A stretch of 64,000 bases of DNA from the human T2T-CHM13v2.0 reference genome, Homo sapiens: the NCBI GenBank assembly GCA_009914755.4, contig CP086569.2, positions 3,424,001-3,488,000 on the forward strand, read 5' to 3'. A program made the position numbers and the translations under genes. The stretch's first letter is position 1, and each line of letters begins with the position of its first letter. The notes beneath the pieces are model-generated. The model made no database searches. It was not told where the DNA came from and was given only the letters and a program-made list of their open reading frames with translations. Of the stretch, positions 26,640 through 38,398 are shown piece after piece.

Positions 26640-28080
26640 GTCGGAGCCATTCGTAGTCCTGCTTGAATTGGGTTGTTGTAATTTCCCATTGACCTTAATC
26701 ACAGGACATACTAATACTAAGAGGTGCCCTAAGGGATCTACTGTTTTCCAAACATACTCTCCCTCACTTCTCTTCTGGAGTAGTAGTCCAATCTTATTCT
26801 TGGTAGTTTGAATTAATCACTACAGCCAACACCATTACTCCCCTGTAAGCCTGTTGATTTAGATGCATGAGGAGCCCAAAGTGGCCAGGTGGCAGTTTTA
26901 ACTTCCAGTTTGGTAGAATTACTGTTGTCTCCCATGGTGGAGGCATTCCTTCCTCTGAAACAAAGACCTCTGTGCTAGCAGAGCATAAAGTCACAGAAAT
27001 AATACAAAATTTTTTTTTTCTAGTGGGTTACTAGGATGAATGATGGTGGTGCCATTCTATTTCCACTCCTTGATTCCTGGACCTGTGAATTCTGGCAATT
27101 GGGGGAAACAGTACCATATAGTGAACTTTTATTCAGAACATGTAAAGCCTTCTAGAAGACCTTGCCCAGTCCTGCAAAATATTGCCACCTATCTGGTGCT
27201 GTAACTGTGCCTTCAAAAGGCCATTTTATAGTCTTATCAAGACAACTGCTTCAGGATGATGGGGAGCATGGTAAATCCAGTGCATTTTATGAATATAAGT
27301 CAATTACCACACTTCTTTGTGAAGTGAATTACTTTTAAGAAGCAATGCTGTGTGGAATACTATAATGATGGATAAGGCATTCTGTAAGTCCACAAGTGGT
27401 AGTTTTGTCAAAGCATTGAATGAGGGAAGGTAAATTTATATCCAAATTAAGTGTCTATTCCAGTAAGGACAAAACGTTGTCTCTTCCATGATGAAAGTTG
27501 TCCAATGTAATCAACCTGCCACCAGGTAGCTGGCTTAATACTCTGGGCAATGGTGCTACACTGGGGGCTCAGTGTTGGTCTCTGCTGCAGATAGATTGGA
27601 CACTAGGTGATGACCATAGCCAGGTCAGCCCTGATGATTTTAACTCTATATTGTTGGGCCCAGGCATAACCTCCATCTCAGCTAACATGCTGACTTTGTT
27701 CATAAGCCCATTGGACAATGGCAGTTGGTTAAAGAAAAAGGCTGATTGGATTTCACAGAATAGGTCATTCTATCAATTTGATTATTCAATTCTTCCTCTG
27801 CTGAGGTCACCTTTTGGTGAGCATTTACATGGGACACAATTACCTTTAAGTTCTTTGCCCACTCGGAAAGGTCTACCTTTTCCCAAAATTTCTTTGTCAC
27901 CAATTTTCCATTCGTATTTCTTCCAAGTCCCTGATCATTCAACCAGACTATCTGAGTTCCCCTTTCAGCAGAAGATGGATGTGCTCACTGCCTCCTGAAG
28001 CATTTAGAATAACTAATGCTTTGCCAGATATTTGGGGAATCTTTAATTCAGTCAACTTAACACCGAAAATCAACTACCAT
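26640..28080 (-). mobile_element. ERV internal (pol) fragment, ERVL-like, antisense
   Basis: Minus-strand ORF 27700-27942 carries the retroviral RNase H/integrase junction motif (KVIVSHVNAHQKVTSAEEELNNQIDRMT, compare ...IIHCPGHQKG.SAEA.GN..AD). The overlapping long plus-strand ORF at 27498-27998 is its antisense artefact. Extent is uncertain. Confidence 0.45.
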
Positions 28081-29396
28081 TGTATTTGTTGATTCGTTTC
28101 TCATTCAAGTTATGAATGCTCTGGTTCTAAGTAAAATAAATGTTTTTTAATTGTAGTATGGACATTTGAGATCTTATATTAGGGGATTCTGGATCTTATT
28201 TAAATGTCCTATTTTGGCAGGCAATTATCCTGTTCAAGTTTAGACCAAAGGTCTTCTCTCACTTTTGTAAGCTGTTATTCCAAAGGCACTTTCTTTTTCA
28301 GAGCCCTTGAGTTAATATTTAAATCTGCTTCATAAACGTGCTACTCAAAGTCCATGGAAATTATGGATGGAATCTTACATTGTAGTTTGGTTTTCAACCT
28401 TTTGGTGTGTTAAATCTAGTCAGTTTCACTTTTTTTTTTTTTTAAATGTTTGTCCAGAACTTCCGATGCTGGTTGTTTGATAATAATGTCTGGTATTTGC
28501 TTCAAAATAAAAGGGTGGCCATTATATGAGAAATAAAATTGACCAGGAACTGATAATTGTTGAGGATGAAGAATAAATATGTTGATGTCTATAAGAGTAT
28601 CCCAATTTTGTATATGTTTGACCTTTCCATATGAAAATGTTAAAAAGGTAATTATATTGAAATTGTCTTAATAGTTAAATAGTCTATTTGTTTAAATTAC
28701 AGAATAATACAGGGTTACATATTAAGAATGTTTAATTATTGATTCTCCTAAAATTAGTTTTCTAGAATTAAAATTTCCTTTGGATAACAAAATAACAATT
28801 AACTTCTATCATCTTACAAAATACAATTGTTTAACATCTTCATAGATATTTCTTAACATTTACGTAGAAACTTGAACTAGAAAATATATGAATTTGAATA
28901 AACAACTTATAATAAAGAATTTGAGCATATAATACTATCTTATATACAGTAGATTATCATTTATTTCAAATATTTGCTAGGATTACTTTTCCAAATATCA
29001 TCCACATATAGATAAAATGTACTTTTCACCAGTAATAAATAAGGCACACCTATTTGTTCTGTCACATTAAGGAATTAATATGTTCTCATTAATAATGTAA
29101 TAACAAAATTCGTGATATTTGCATATGGTAGACTGATAGCAAAAATTTCCCATACATTCCTCTATCCATGTCTTTTGAAATTTGACTTTGCAGTTTTCCC
29201 TGTCAAGGGATATAGTCTATCTCCCCGAGCCTTGCATATCAACTGGCCTTGTGACTTATTTGCAGAACAGAATGCAATAGAAGGAACTTGGGTAAATTCT
29301 AAACCTAGGACTCAACAGTCGTTCCCTGTTTCCTCTATCTTGAAACTCTGCCACCCTGAGGACAAGCCCAGGCTAGCCTGCTGGAGGGTGATTGAT

Positions 29397-29552
29397 TATA
29401 TAAAGGAAACTCAGTATAGCAGAGCCGACATCCTGAAGACTTCTGTGGGAGCAGATGCCTAGCTGAAACACAGCTGACAAGAGAGTCATGAAAAAGTCAA
29501 AAGGATCACCTGCTAAGTCCATTTTAAAATCATGATCTACAGAAAGGTGAGT
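29397..29552 (+). promoter_or_regulatory. Candidate TATA-box promoter with a short 5' exon ending in a consensus splice donor (speculative)
   Basis: tgattgattaTATAAAGGaaactcagtatagcagagccgacatcctgaagacttctgtgggagcagatgcctagctgaaacacagctgacaagagagtcATGaaaaagtcaaaaggatcacctgctaagtccattttaaaatcATGatctacagaaAG|GTGAGTtaaataaa. An octamer ATTTGCAT lies about 280 bp upstream, at about 29119. No supporting exon sequence downstream within the window. Confidence 0.25.
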
Positions 29553-29879
29553 TAAATAAATTGTTAATTTTGGCTATTGAGTGTAGAAGTAGTTGTTGTG
29601 CAATGATGTTTAACTGATGAAATATCCAAAAATTATAAAGGCTTAAGAATTTCTCTAAAATTTACTTCTTATATTTGATTACTCAAAGCCATGAATGTTA
29701 ATAAAATCTTTAATACTAATACAAGTAATTGTTTATATTTTTCAAACTTAACCATATTTTGGTGAGCTTCTACAAAATAAAATATATATAAAATTACTAC
29801 CAAAATGAAAGAAAAAGAGGTACGAAAAGAGAAAAAAATTATTAATTTCTTTTGACTACTCAAGTAAATTACCATACAC

Positions 29880-30290
29880 TTAGCAGCTTAAAACCATACA
29901 GTCTCACCAGCCTAACATCAAGATACTAGCAAGGCTGTGTACCTTGCCAGCTGCCAGCCAGGGGTTGTTCTCAACTTATACAGTCCACCCACATTCCTTG
30001 AATAATGGACCCCTTCATCTTCAAAGTCTGCAGTGGTGTATAGAATTCTTCTTATGCTTCATCTCTCCTGACTTCCTGTATTAACTCTCACTCCTCAACC
30101 AGAAGGGTTTTCCATTTTTAAGGACCCTTGTGATTACATTAGCCCACTGAAATATTCTAATATCCCATCTCAAACTTCTTAACTTAATCACTTTGCGAGA
30201 TCATGTTTTGCTATGTAAGGTAACATATTCACACATTTCAGGACTACAAGAATGTGTAGTACACTTTCAAGAACATCTTGAGGGCAGGCA
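29880..30290 (+). mobile_element. MaLR LTR fragment (MLT1-like)
   Basis: ...taaggacccttgtgattacattagcccactgaaatattctaatatcccatctcaaacttcttaacttaatcactttgc... resembles the MLT1 3' half (cttataaggacacttgtcattggatttagggcccaccc...taatccaggatgatctcatcttaacttaattacatctgcaaagaccc). Confidence 0.45.
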
Positions 30291-32734
30291 TTATTTTGCT
30301 TACCACAGAACCTAAATTAATATTTATTAAGCATCAACTTTGTACAGGGCATTGTGCCACATGTGTTCATCCATTATCTCTTATACATTTTACAACAAAC
30401 TTGCGAAGTACATATTATTATCTGTACTTTTAAAGAGGATGAAAATTAGATCTATTAAAGTAAGCAACTTGTCTAAGTTCACAAAGTTACTATCAAGTCA
30501 TGGTTTGGATTAGTTGTTTCTGTGAATTTGAAGCTATACAGCACGCTTTCAAAAAAGCAAAAGGAACAAATATTGATTATTAGATAAAATGAACAAAAGG
30601 TAGAGAAAACGAGAGTCAAAAATAAAGGAGAGAGTAAATAGAGAAGAAAACAAAGTGGATAAATCTGTTTGGGTATTTATATAGTCCGAAAGCAGGATAG
30701 TTCTGATAGGTGAGAGGTGGAAAAGCCTGATTAGTGTAGATGAATCCCCTTGAGAGCAATATTCATGCACAATAATTTCTTCACTGCAGTGATTTTTGTT
30801 TATTTTATTGCAAATATATTTTTTCTTACTATTTTTATTCTTCAATGCAAGCCTCTAATTTTGAAAGAAGTGCTTTTCTTCAGCAACGAAGGTAGTAGAG
30901 GAGTGATTTCCTTACTTTTTCAACAAATTTTATAAGGTTACACTGTCGTGAAGCACAAGTTAATAAAGCCTAAGGACACACTGTTGCATTTCTTTTAAAA
31001 TAATGGAAAATTATTAAATTTTTTAAGGCATGTTTTGTTTGAATGTCTTGTGTTGGTTAGATAACTGTACATCACTAAAGTAGAACAGTACTTTTAAGAA
31101 GCAATTTCTGTTTAGGAGTAGAAGTTGAAAGCGGTATATTAATCTGATGAGCTTAAGCAGCAAAATAGACCTCATACATAAGAATATGAGCTGATTTACT
31201 GTAAGGGACATGACTAATCCAGGGTCCATCTGTAGGGCTTCCACTGGTGCTGAATACACTAGTCAGGCCTTCATTGCTGCTTTCCCCAGTGCTTGGACCC
31301 TTGAGGGCTTCCCAGGCATCTGACATTGTGATTGGAAAATAATCTTCATTTGATTGAATTTTCCTTCCCTTTTGGTCAACTGTGCTAACACCACAGCAGC
31401 CTCCATGAGAGAGACAAATTAGCCAGTCACATTAACATATGCCAGCATAATTGGGATGCCAAAAGCAATACTAACTGCAGTAATAACTGAGGATGCAATC
31501 ACTGACAAAGTCATTCCTCCTGTGATAGCCAAATTTCTCTTGTGTTGGAGGTTTGCTTTCCTTTATCCATGCAGTGAATCTTCCTGTCAACATAAACAGG
31601 AATGCTGATGACCATTTCAGGAATAGCAGTGGTAGCAATGAAAGATATCCCCACTGGAGCTCCAATTAATGCACACAGCTGCCAAGTAATTTTCTTACAG
31701 CTTCTTGCCCCAGAATCTGAAGCCAGAAGGTTTTTGAAAATATGGCAGAAATCTTTATTAAAATGTTTCCTTCAGTAATATGTTACCACGTACATAATAT
31801 ACACACATACCTATGTACATTCTTTGACATACCTCAAAGATTGCTACCATTAGTTTAACCAATAAATTAAAACTAAAAAAAAAAATAGGAAGGGGAGAAA
31901 GGAGAGGGAATCAGGGCAAAATTTTGATGTTTTATCTAGTAAGAAATTGCAAATATCTCAGAATTTCTCTGAGGGAAACCTATAAGCAGAGAATCTTTAA
32001 GATAAAATACATAAATTTTCACTCATCTCACCAAAAAAAAAAAAAAAGATTTGAAAGATGCCGTCACAACAATTGTGCTTCTCAGAACATTTATTCAATT
32101 TCAAATTCTGGCTTCGGCACCTTTTGTCTTTAAGACAGACTGCCCCTCGGCTGGGACAGAGAAGTTCATATGGACACCTGGGCCCAGTGCACCCTTGGGC
32201 TCTAGAGGTCAAGGGGGAAATCTGCAATATGATAGTGAGGGAAGTCATAGTCATCTGAAGTGATGTCTAGCACATCATCTCACTGCATATCATCACTCTC
32301 CAAACCACTGTGGATCATCTTGGGTTAGGCCAAGCTGATGTATGAAAGTTTGACGACCAGATAGTCTTTCTGTTCACAGCTTTGGTGTTTGTAGAAAAGT
32401 CCTCTTCACTGCCTCCATCTCCACCACTACTGCTATATTCTTCATTCTCTGTCATCTGAGCATGAATGTGGAATGAATCCTTTACGCTTCTTTCACTCAC
32501 CAGCTGACAGTAGCTTGGTTTGGCATCACTCAGATTTCCATATTGTTGCATTCCATGTCCTGATTATGAAAACAGTCATAGCAAAAGTGCTTGGGCTGTC
32601 ATTGATTCCATCAAGGTTGATTGTGTCTTTGAAGACAATTTCATTTTGGATATTGACTTGGACTTCTATCCTGCTGCATTTTCCCTAGATACTGTAAAGA
32701 ATCTCACCATTTAGTATGCTCCATGGGAGAGTTG

Positions 32735-34869
32735 TGAAGATGGTTGTATAATAAAAAATAATGATATTATGTAATGATAAAGGAATCAACTCATCAAAAG
32801 AATATAACAATTGTAAATATATATGCACTCCAACTTTGGAACACCTAAATATATAAAGTAAATATTAATAAACATGAAGAGAGAGATAGACTATAGTATA
32901 GTAATAACAGGGAATATCAATACCCCATTTTCAACAAGGAACAGATCACAGACAGAAATCAATAAGGAAACAATGGACTTGAACTATACTTTAGGTCAAA
33001 TGGACCTAAAAGGCATATACAAAACCTTCTATCTGATAGCAGCAGAATATATATTTTTCTAAAGCACACATGGAACATTCTTCAGGATAGGTCATATGTG
33101 AGGGCTCAAAACAAGTCTTCATAAGTTTAAGAAGATTGAAATTATATCAAGTATATTTTCCCATGACAATTGTATAAAACTAGAAATCAATAATAGGAGA
33201 AATATCAGAAATTCCCAAATAAGTGGAAATTAAACTACATTCCTCTAAGTAACCAATGAATCTAAAAACAAATTAAAAGGGAAACTAAATAATATATTCA
33301 GACAAGTGGAAATGGAAACACAACGTACCAAAATATACAGGACTCAGCCAAAGCAGTTCTAAGAAGGAAGTTTATAACAATAAATGCCTACTTCAAAGAA
33401 AAAAAAAAGATCCCAAATAAACCACCTTACGTTAGACATCAAGAAACTAGAAAAAGAAGACACAACCAAGTGCAAATTTAGTTAAAGGAAGAAAATAATA
33501 TAGCTCAGAACAGAAATGAATGACATACAGACTAGAGCCTTAATAGGAAAAATCAATAAAACTGAGTTGGGTTATGAAAAGATAAAACTGACAAACATTT
33601 AAACGGATTAACTAGGAAAAAAGGAAAAAGAATATAAATAAATTTAGAAATGAAATAGATGACATTACAACGGATATGCCACAGAAATAAAAAGGAGCAT
33701 AAGATACTATGAATAATTATACACCAACAAATATGATAATCTAGAAGACATAAATAAGTAACTATAAACATAAAACTTACCAAGGGTAAATCATGAAGAA
33801 ATAGAAAATCTGAACAGATCAGGAATGAGTAAGGAGATGAATTAGTAATAAAAATTTTCCTATCAAACAAAAGTACAGGATTAGATGTATTTACTGGTAA
33901 ATACTCCCAAACATTTAAATAAGACTTATTGCCAATCATTCTCAAACTTTTCCAAAAAAAAATGAAAAGTAGGACACACTTCCAAACTTATTTTATGAGG
34001 CCAGAATTACTGTATAACAAAAGTCAGACAAGAAAAGAACAATAAGAAATTAAGAAGAGAAACTAAAAGAAAAGAAAATTACAAGCCAGTAATTCAGATG
34101 CAATAATTCTCAATTAAACACTGAAGAACTAAATTCAACAGCACATTAAAAGGATAATACATCACACTGAAGTGGGATTTATTCCTGAAATACAAGGATG
34201 TTTCAACAAAAACAAATCCATAAATGTGATGTACCACATTAACAGAATGAAGGACAAAAAACATAATCATTTCAATAGATGCAGAAAAAAAAATCAGAGA
34301 AAATTCAACATCCCTTCATGATAAAAACCCTTAATGATTTAGGTGCAGAAGGAATATACATCAATAAGGGACATATATGAAAAGCACCCAAGCTCACATC
34401 AGACTCAATGGTGAAAAATTGCAAGTTTTCTAAGATCAGGAAAAAGACAAGGATTCCCCCTCTTGTGATAAGTATTCAACATTGTGCTGGTAGTCTTAGA
34501 ATAATCAAGAGAGAAATAAATGAAATTCAAATTGGAAAAGAAGATGTTATGATCTTATATCTAGAAAACCCTAGCCACTCACCAAAAAGCTGTTAGATGT
34601 AATAAACAAATTCAGCAAAGTTGCAGGAAACAAAATCACCATACAGAAATCAGTAACATTTATTCCCTGAAAACAAACTATACGAAAAAAAGTCAAGAAA
34701 GCAATTCTATTTACACAAGCAAAATGTAATAAAATAAAATATGTAAAAATAAATTTAACAAATAAAGTGAAAGTGCTAAACACTGAAAACTATAAAACAT
34801 TGATGAAAGAAATTAAAGAAGACACAAATGAATGGAAATATATAGGATGTTCACAGATTAGAAGAACTG
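32735..34869 (+). mobile_element. Old L1M, sense: ORF2 segment 1 (5'-truncated start within the EN domain)
   Basis: Aligns to L1 ORF2 from ...aatgatattatgtaatgataaaggaatcaactcatcaaaagaatataacaattgtaaatatatatgcactccaactttggaacacctaaatatataaagtaaat (about L1 ...gtaaagggatcaattcaacaagaagagctaactatcctaaatatatatgcacccaatacaggagcacccagattcataaagcaagt) through the RT domain (...atgtaccacattaacagaatgaaggacaaaaaacataatcatttcaatagatgcagaaaaa...). Confidence 0.8.
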
Positions 34870-35633
34870 ATATTTGGGGCTTTGCTCCAGATTAGGCTTT
34901 GGCTTAAGTGAATGTTATGCCTAGTTTGATCTTCTGTCAGACCAATCAAACTTTCTCCATATAAGCAATAAGGCTGTTTTGCTTCCTTATCATTTGTATG
35001 TTCACTGGAGTAGCACTTTTAATTTCCCTCAATAACTTTTCCTTTGCATTCTCAACTTGGCTGACTGTTTGGCTTAAGAGACCCAGCTTTTGACATCCTT
35101 AGCTTTTGATTTAAAGTGAGATATGTGCAAATCTTCCTTTAACTTGAACACTGAGTCATCATTGTAGGGTTATTAATTGGACTAATTTCAATATTGTGGT
35201 GTCTCAGGGATTGGGGAGGCCTTAGGAGAGGAAGAAACACAGGGTAACAGCCAGTAAGTGGAGCAGTCAAAACACACATTTATAGATTAAGTTTGCCATC
35301 CTATATGAGTGTGGTTTGTGGTGCCCCAAAACAGTTACAATAGTAACACCAAAGATCACTGATCACAGATCACCATAACAGATAGAGTAATAATTTAGAA
35401 GTTTGAAATACTGTGATAATGTACAAAATGTGATAGATAAAAAGTGAGATCATACTGTTGGAAAAATGGTGCCAACAGACTTACTCAACACAGGGTTGCA
35501 ACAAACCTTTATTTTCTAAAAAGCAGAGTATCTGAAAAGTTCAATAAAATAAAGCACAATAAAATGAGATATGTTTGTATTCAAAGAAATAATGCCTAAA
35601 AATTCTCAAATTTGGTGAAAGAGATAAACCTAC
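34870..35633 (+). mobile_element. Tigger-like (TcMar/pogo) DNA-transposon fragment
   Basis: ...cactgatcacagatcaccataacagatagagtaataatttagaagtttgaaatactgtgataatgtacaaaatgtgatagataaaaagtgagatcatactgttggaaaaatggtgccaacagacttactcaacacagggttgcaacaaacctttattttctaaaaagcagagtatctgaaaagttcaataaaataaagcacaataaaatgagatatg resembles the Tigger 3' terminal region. Family is not certain. Confidence 0.45.
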
Positions 35634-36587
35634 TGTGGGGAAAGGAAAGAGAGATCAGGCTGCTTCTGTGTCTATGTAGAAAGAAGTAGACATAAGAGAC
35701 TCCATTTCGTTCTGTACGAAGAAAAATTCTTCTGCCTTGAGATGCTGTTAATCTGTAACCCTACCCCCAACCCTGTGCTCGCAGAGACATGTGCTGTATT
35801 GACTCAAGGTTTGGTGGATTTAGGGCTATGCAGGATGTGCTTTGTTAAACAAGTGCTTGAAGTCAGCATGCTTGTTAAAAGTCATCATCACTCTCTAATC
35901 TCAAGTACCCAGGGACACAATACCCTGCAGAAGGCTGCAGGGACCTCTGCCTAGGAAAGCCAGGTATTGTCCAAGGTTTCTCCCCATGTGATAGTCTGAG
36001 ATATGGCCTCCTGGGAAGGGAAAGGCCTGACCATCCCCCAGCCCGACACCCGTAAAGGGTCTGTGCTGAGGAGGATTAGTAAAAGAGGAAGGGCTCTTTG
36101 CAGTTGAGATAAGAGGAAGGCATCTCTGTCTCCTGCTCATCCCTGGGCAATGGAATGTCTCGGTGTAAAAGCCGATTGTATGTTCCATCTACTGAGATAG
36201 GAGAAAACCGCCTTAACGCTGGAGGTGAGACATGCTGGCGGTAATACTGCTCTTTAATGCATCGAGATGTTTATGTATGTGCACATCAAAGCACAGCACC
36301 TTTTTCTTAAGACATTTGTTCACATGTTTTCCTGCTGACCCTCTCCCCATTATTACCCTATTGTCCTGCCACATCCCCCTCTCCGAGATGGTAGAGATAA
36401 TGATCAATAAATACTGAGGGAACTCAGAGACCCGGTGTAAGCGTGGGTCCTCCGTATGCTGAGCGCGGGTCCCCTTGGCCCACATTTCTTTCTCTATACT
36501 TTGTCTCTGTGTCTCTTCCTTTTCTCAGTCTCTGGTCCCACCAGATGAGAAACACCCACAGGTGTGGAGGGGCAGGCCACCCCTTCA
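35634..36587 (+). mobile_element. HERV-K (HML-2) LTR5 solo LTR (LTR5A/B-like), 954 bp, 5-bp TSD CCTAC
   Basis: Starts TGTGGGGAAAggaaagagagatcaggctgcttctgtgtctatgtagaaagaagtagacataagagactccatttcgttctgtac and contains ...cctctgcctaggaaagccaggtattgtccaaggtttctccccatgtgatagtctgagatatggcctcctgggaagggaaaggcctgaccatcccccagcccgacacccgtaaagggtctgtgctgaggaggattagtaaaagagg... It ends ...ggtgtggaggggcaggccaccccttCA. That is about 90% identical to the LTR5 consensus as I remember it. Direct repeat cctac at 35629-35633 and 36588-36592. Confidence 0.85.
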
Positions 36588-36593
36588 CCTACA

Positions 36594-37927
36594 TATTCAG
36601 TAATCTGAGCAAACCCCAAACAAAAATTCCAGCCAAGACTCATCCTACTTAAACACCTGAAAGCTAAAGGCAAAAAAAAAGTATTGAAAGCTTCCAAAGA
36701 GAAATATTTTTTTTTCAGGATTTGTGTTAGGTAAAATATTAAGGACAGATTAGGACAGAAATAGGTAAGAGAAAAATGAGAAATAAGTGAACATAGAAAG
36801 AGAAGAGAACAGCATTACTAAGATTTCAAAGTTCAAACAGTACTTCAGATACTAGAAATTTACAATAGTTGAGGAAAAAAAAAAGGATCAAATACTTAGG
36901 GAAACCATTAACACATGGTCAAACCAAACCATAAAGACTAATATATTTGAATAAATAAGATTAAGTACTTTGACCCTAATAGCTCCAGCAATCTTGAGCA
37001 AGAAGAATAAAGCTAGCGGCATTATACTTCTTAATTTTAAATTATATTACAAAGCTATAGTGAGCCTAACAGCATAATTTTGACATAAAAAACAGATACA
37101 TAGACCAACAGAACATAATAGAAGGACCAGAAATAAACCCACACATATACAGTCAACTAATCCTCAATGAAGGTGCCAAAAATACAGAATGGAAAAAGGT
37201 TAGAAGTTTCAGTAAGTGGTGTTAAGAAAATGACATCCACATGCAGAACAATGAAATTGAATTATTATCTGACACCATACACAAAAATCAACTCAAAATA
37301 GATTATAGACTAAACTTGAAGACCTGAAACTAAATCTCCTAAAAGAAAACACAAGGGAAAAGTTTCATGACATTAATCCTGGCAATGATCTTTTGGATAT
37401 CACACCAAAAGCAAAGGCAACAAAAGCAAAAATAATCAAATGTGACTATATATGCACAGGAAAGGAAACAGTTAACAAAATGAAAAGGCAACCTACAGAA
37501 TAGAAGAACTATTTACAAATTATGTATCTGATAAGAGGTTAAAATTCAAAACATGTAAGAAGCTGTTACGACTGAATAGCAAACAAGAAATAACCTGATT
37601 TTGAAAAATAACCATAGAATCTAAATAGATATTTCTCCAAGAAAGACATACAAATTGTCAACAGTATCTGAAAAATTGATCAAACACCATTAATCATTAG
37701 AAAATGTAAATGAAAAATATAATGAGATATCACCACATACCTATTAGGAAGACTATTATCAAAAAGTCAAAAGATAGCAAGTGTTGAAGAGGATGTGAAG
37801 GAAAGGGAAACTTTACGTATTGTTGGTGAGATTGTACATTAGTATAGCCATTATGGAAAATGGCATAGAAGTTTCTCCAAAAATTAAAAATAGAACTCTC
37901 ATATGATCCAGCAATCACGCTTCTGGG
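36594..37927 (+). mobile_element. Old L1M, sense: ORF2 segment 2
   Basis: ...agaccaacagaacataatagaaggaccagaaataaacccacacatatacagtcaactaatcctcaatgaaggtgccaaaaatacagaatggaaaaag...accatacacaaaaatcaactcaaaatagattatagactaaacttgaagacctgaaactaaatc... corresponds to the L1 ORF2 C-terminal third (...QWNRTE..IYNQLIFDK...). It ends ...ccagcaatcacgcttctggg at the provirus junction. Confidence 0.8.
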
Positions 37928-38381
37928 TGTTAGGTTTTGAAGGGAAGGTGAGGGTTAAAGAAAGACACACACACAGAAAGAAGGTGGCTCGGCAGCAAAT
38001 GCAGTCTTTAAGTTCAGCATAAAACCTACAGAAGTGGGGGACCAGCCTAATGACAGTGCCCACCGCTGGGGTAATTTCTAGGTATGGGCAGGAGGGGTCT
38101 GGGCAGTATGGCTTGCTGCCCGGCAGGATACTGATAAGATGTTCCCATGATGAGGTGGTTCTGGCCCTTGTACCGGTAGAATGTGGTGCTCCTCCTTGTA
38201 CTTTCTCCCAGCAGAATATGATAAGAGGCAGGCTGTTTCTTCATTTGGGCCTTTGTCCACCTTGTGGTCAGGTGGTTAGGCAGGTTGTTTCTCACGGCCC
38301 GAACCCCAGTGAAATGTTTCACTTTGACTGAGGCCTGCTAAATAATGGGGAGCTTATAAAATGGTGCACTTTGGACTAACA
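37928..38381 (-). mobile_element. 3' LTR of the class I ERV provirus (454 bp)
   Basis: On the plus strand it begins tgttaggttttgaagggaaggtgagggttaaagaaagacacacacacagaaag and ends ...ggtgcactttggactaaca, which reads TGTTAGTCC...CCTAACA in the provirus sense. Confidence 0.85.
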
Positions 38382-38398
38382 TTCTTGCCTTTTACTTT
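38382..38398 (-). promoter_or_regulatory. Polypurine tract (PPT) next to the 3' LTR
   Basis: The provirus-sense sequence immediately 5' of the 3' LTR is aaagtaaaaggcaagaa|TGTTAGTCC (plus strand ttcttgccttttacttt just after 38381). Confidence 0.5.

Noticed and set aside
27498-27998. 166-aa plus-strand ORF
   Set aside because: The opposite strand of the same interval carries a recognisable retroviral pol motif (IVSHVNAHQKVTSAEEELNNQIDRMT). The plus-strand frame is the antisense artefact of an ERV pol fragment.
32300-32715. Protein-like ORFs on both strands (minus: ...[13 protein letters not shown]...; plus: ...VIDSIKVDCVFEDNFILDIDLDFY...)
   Set aside because: The interval lies immediately 5' of the L1M ORF2 start and is probably a diverged L1M ORF1/inter-ORF remnant or another old repeat. 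I could not find support for a cellular exon, and the two strands give conflicting frames.
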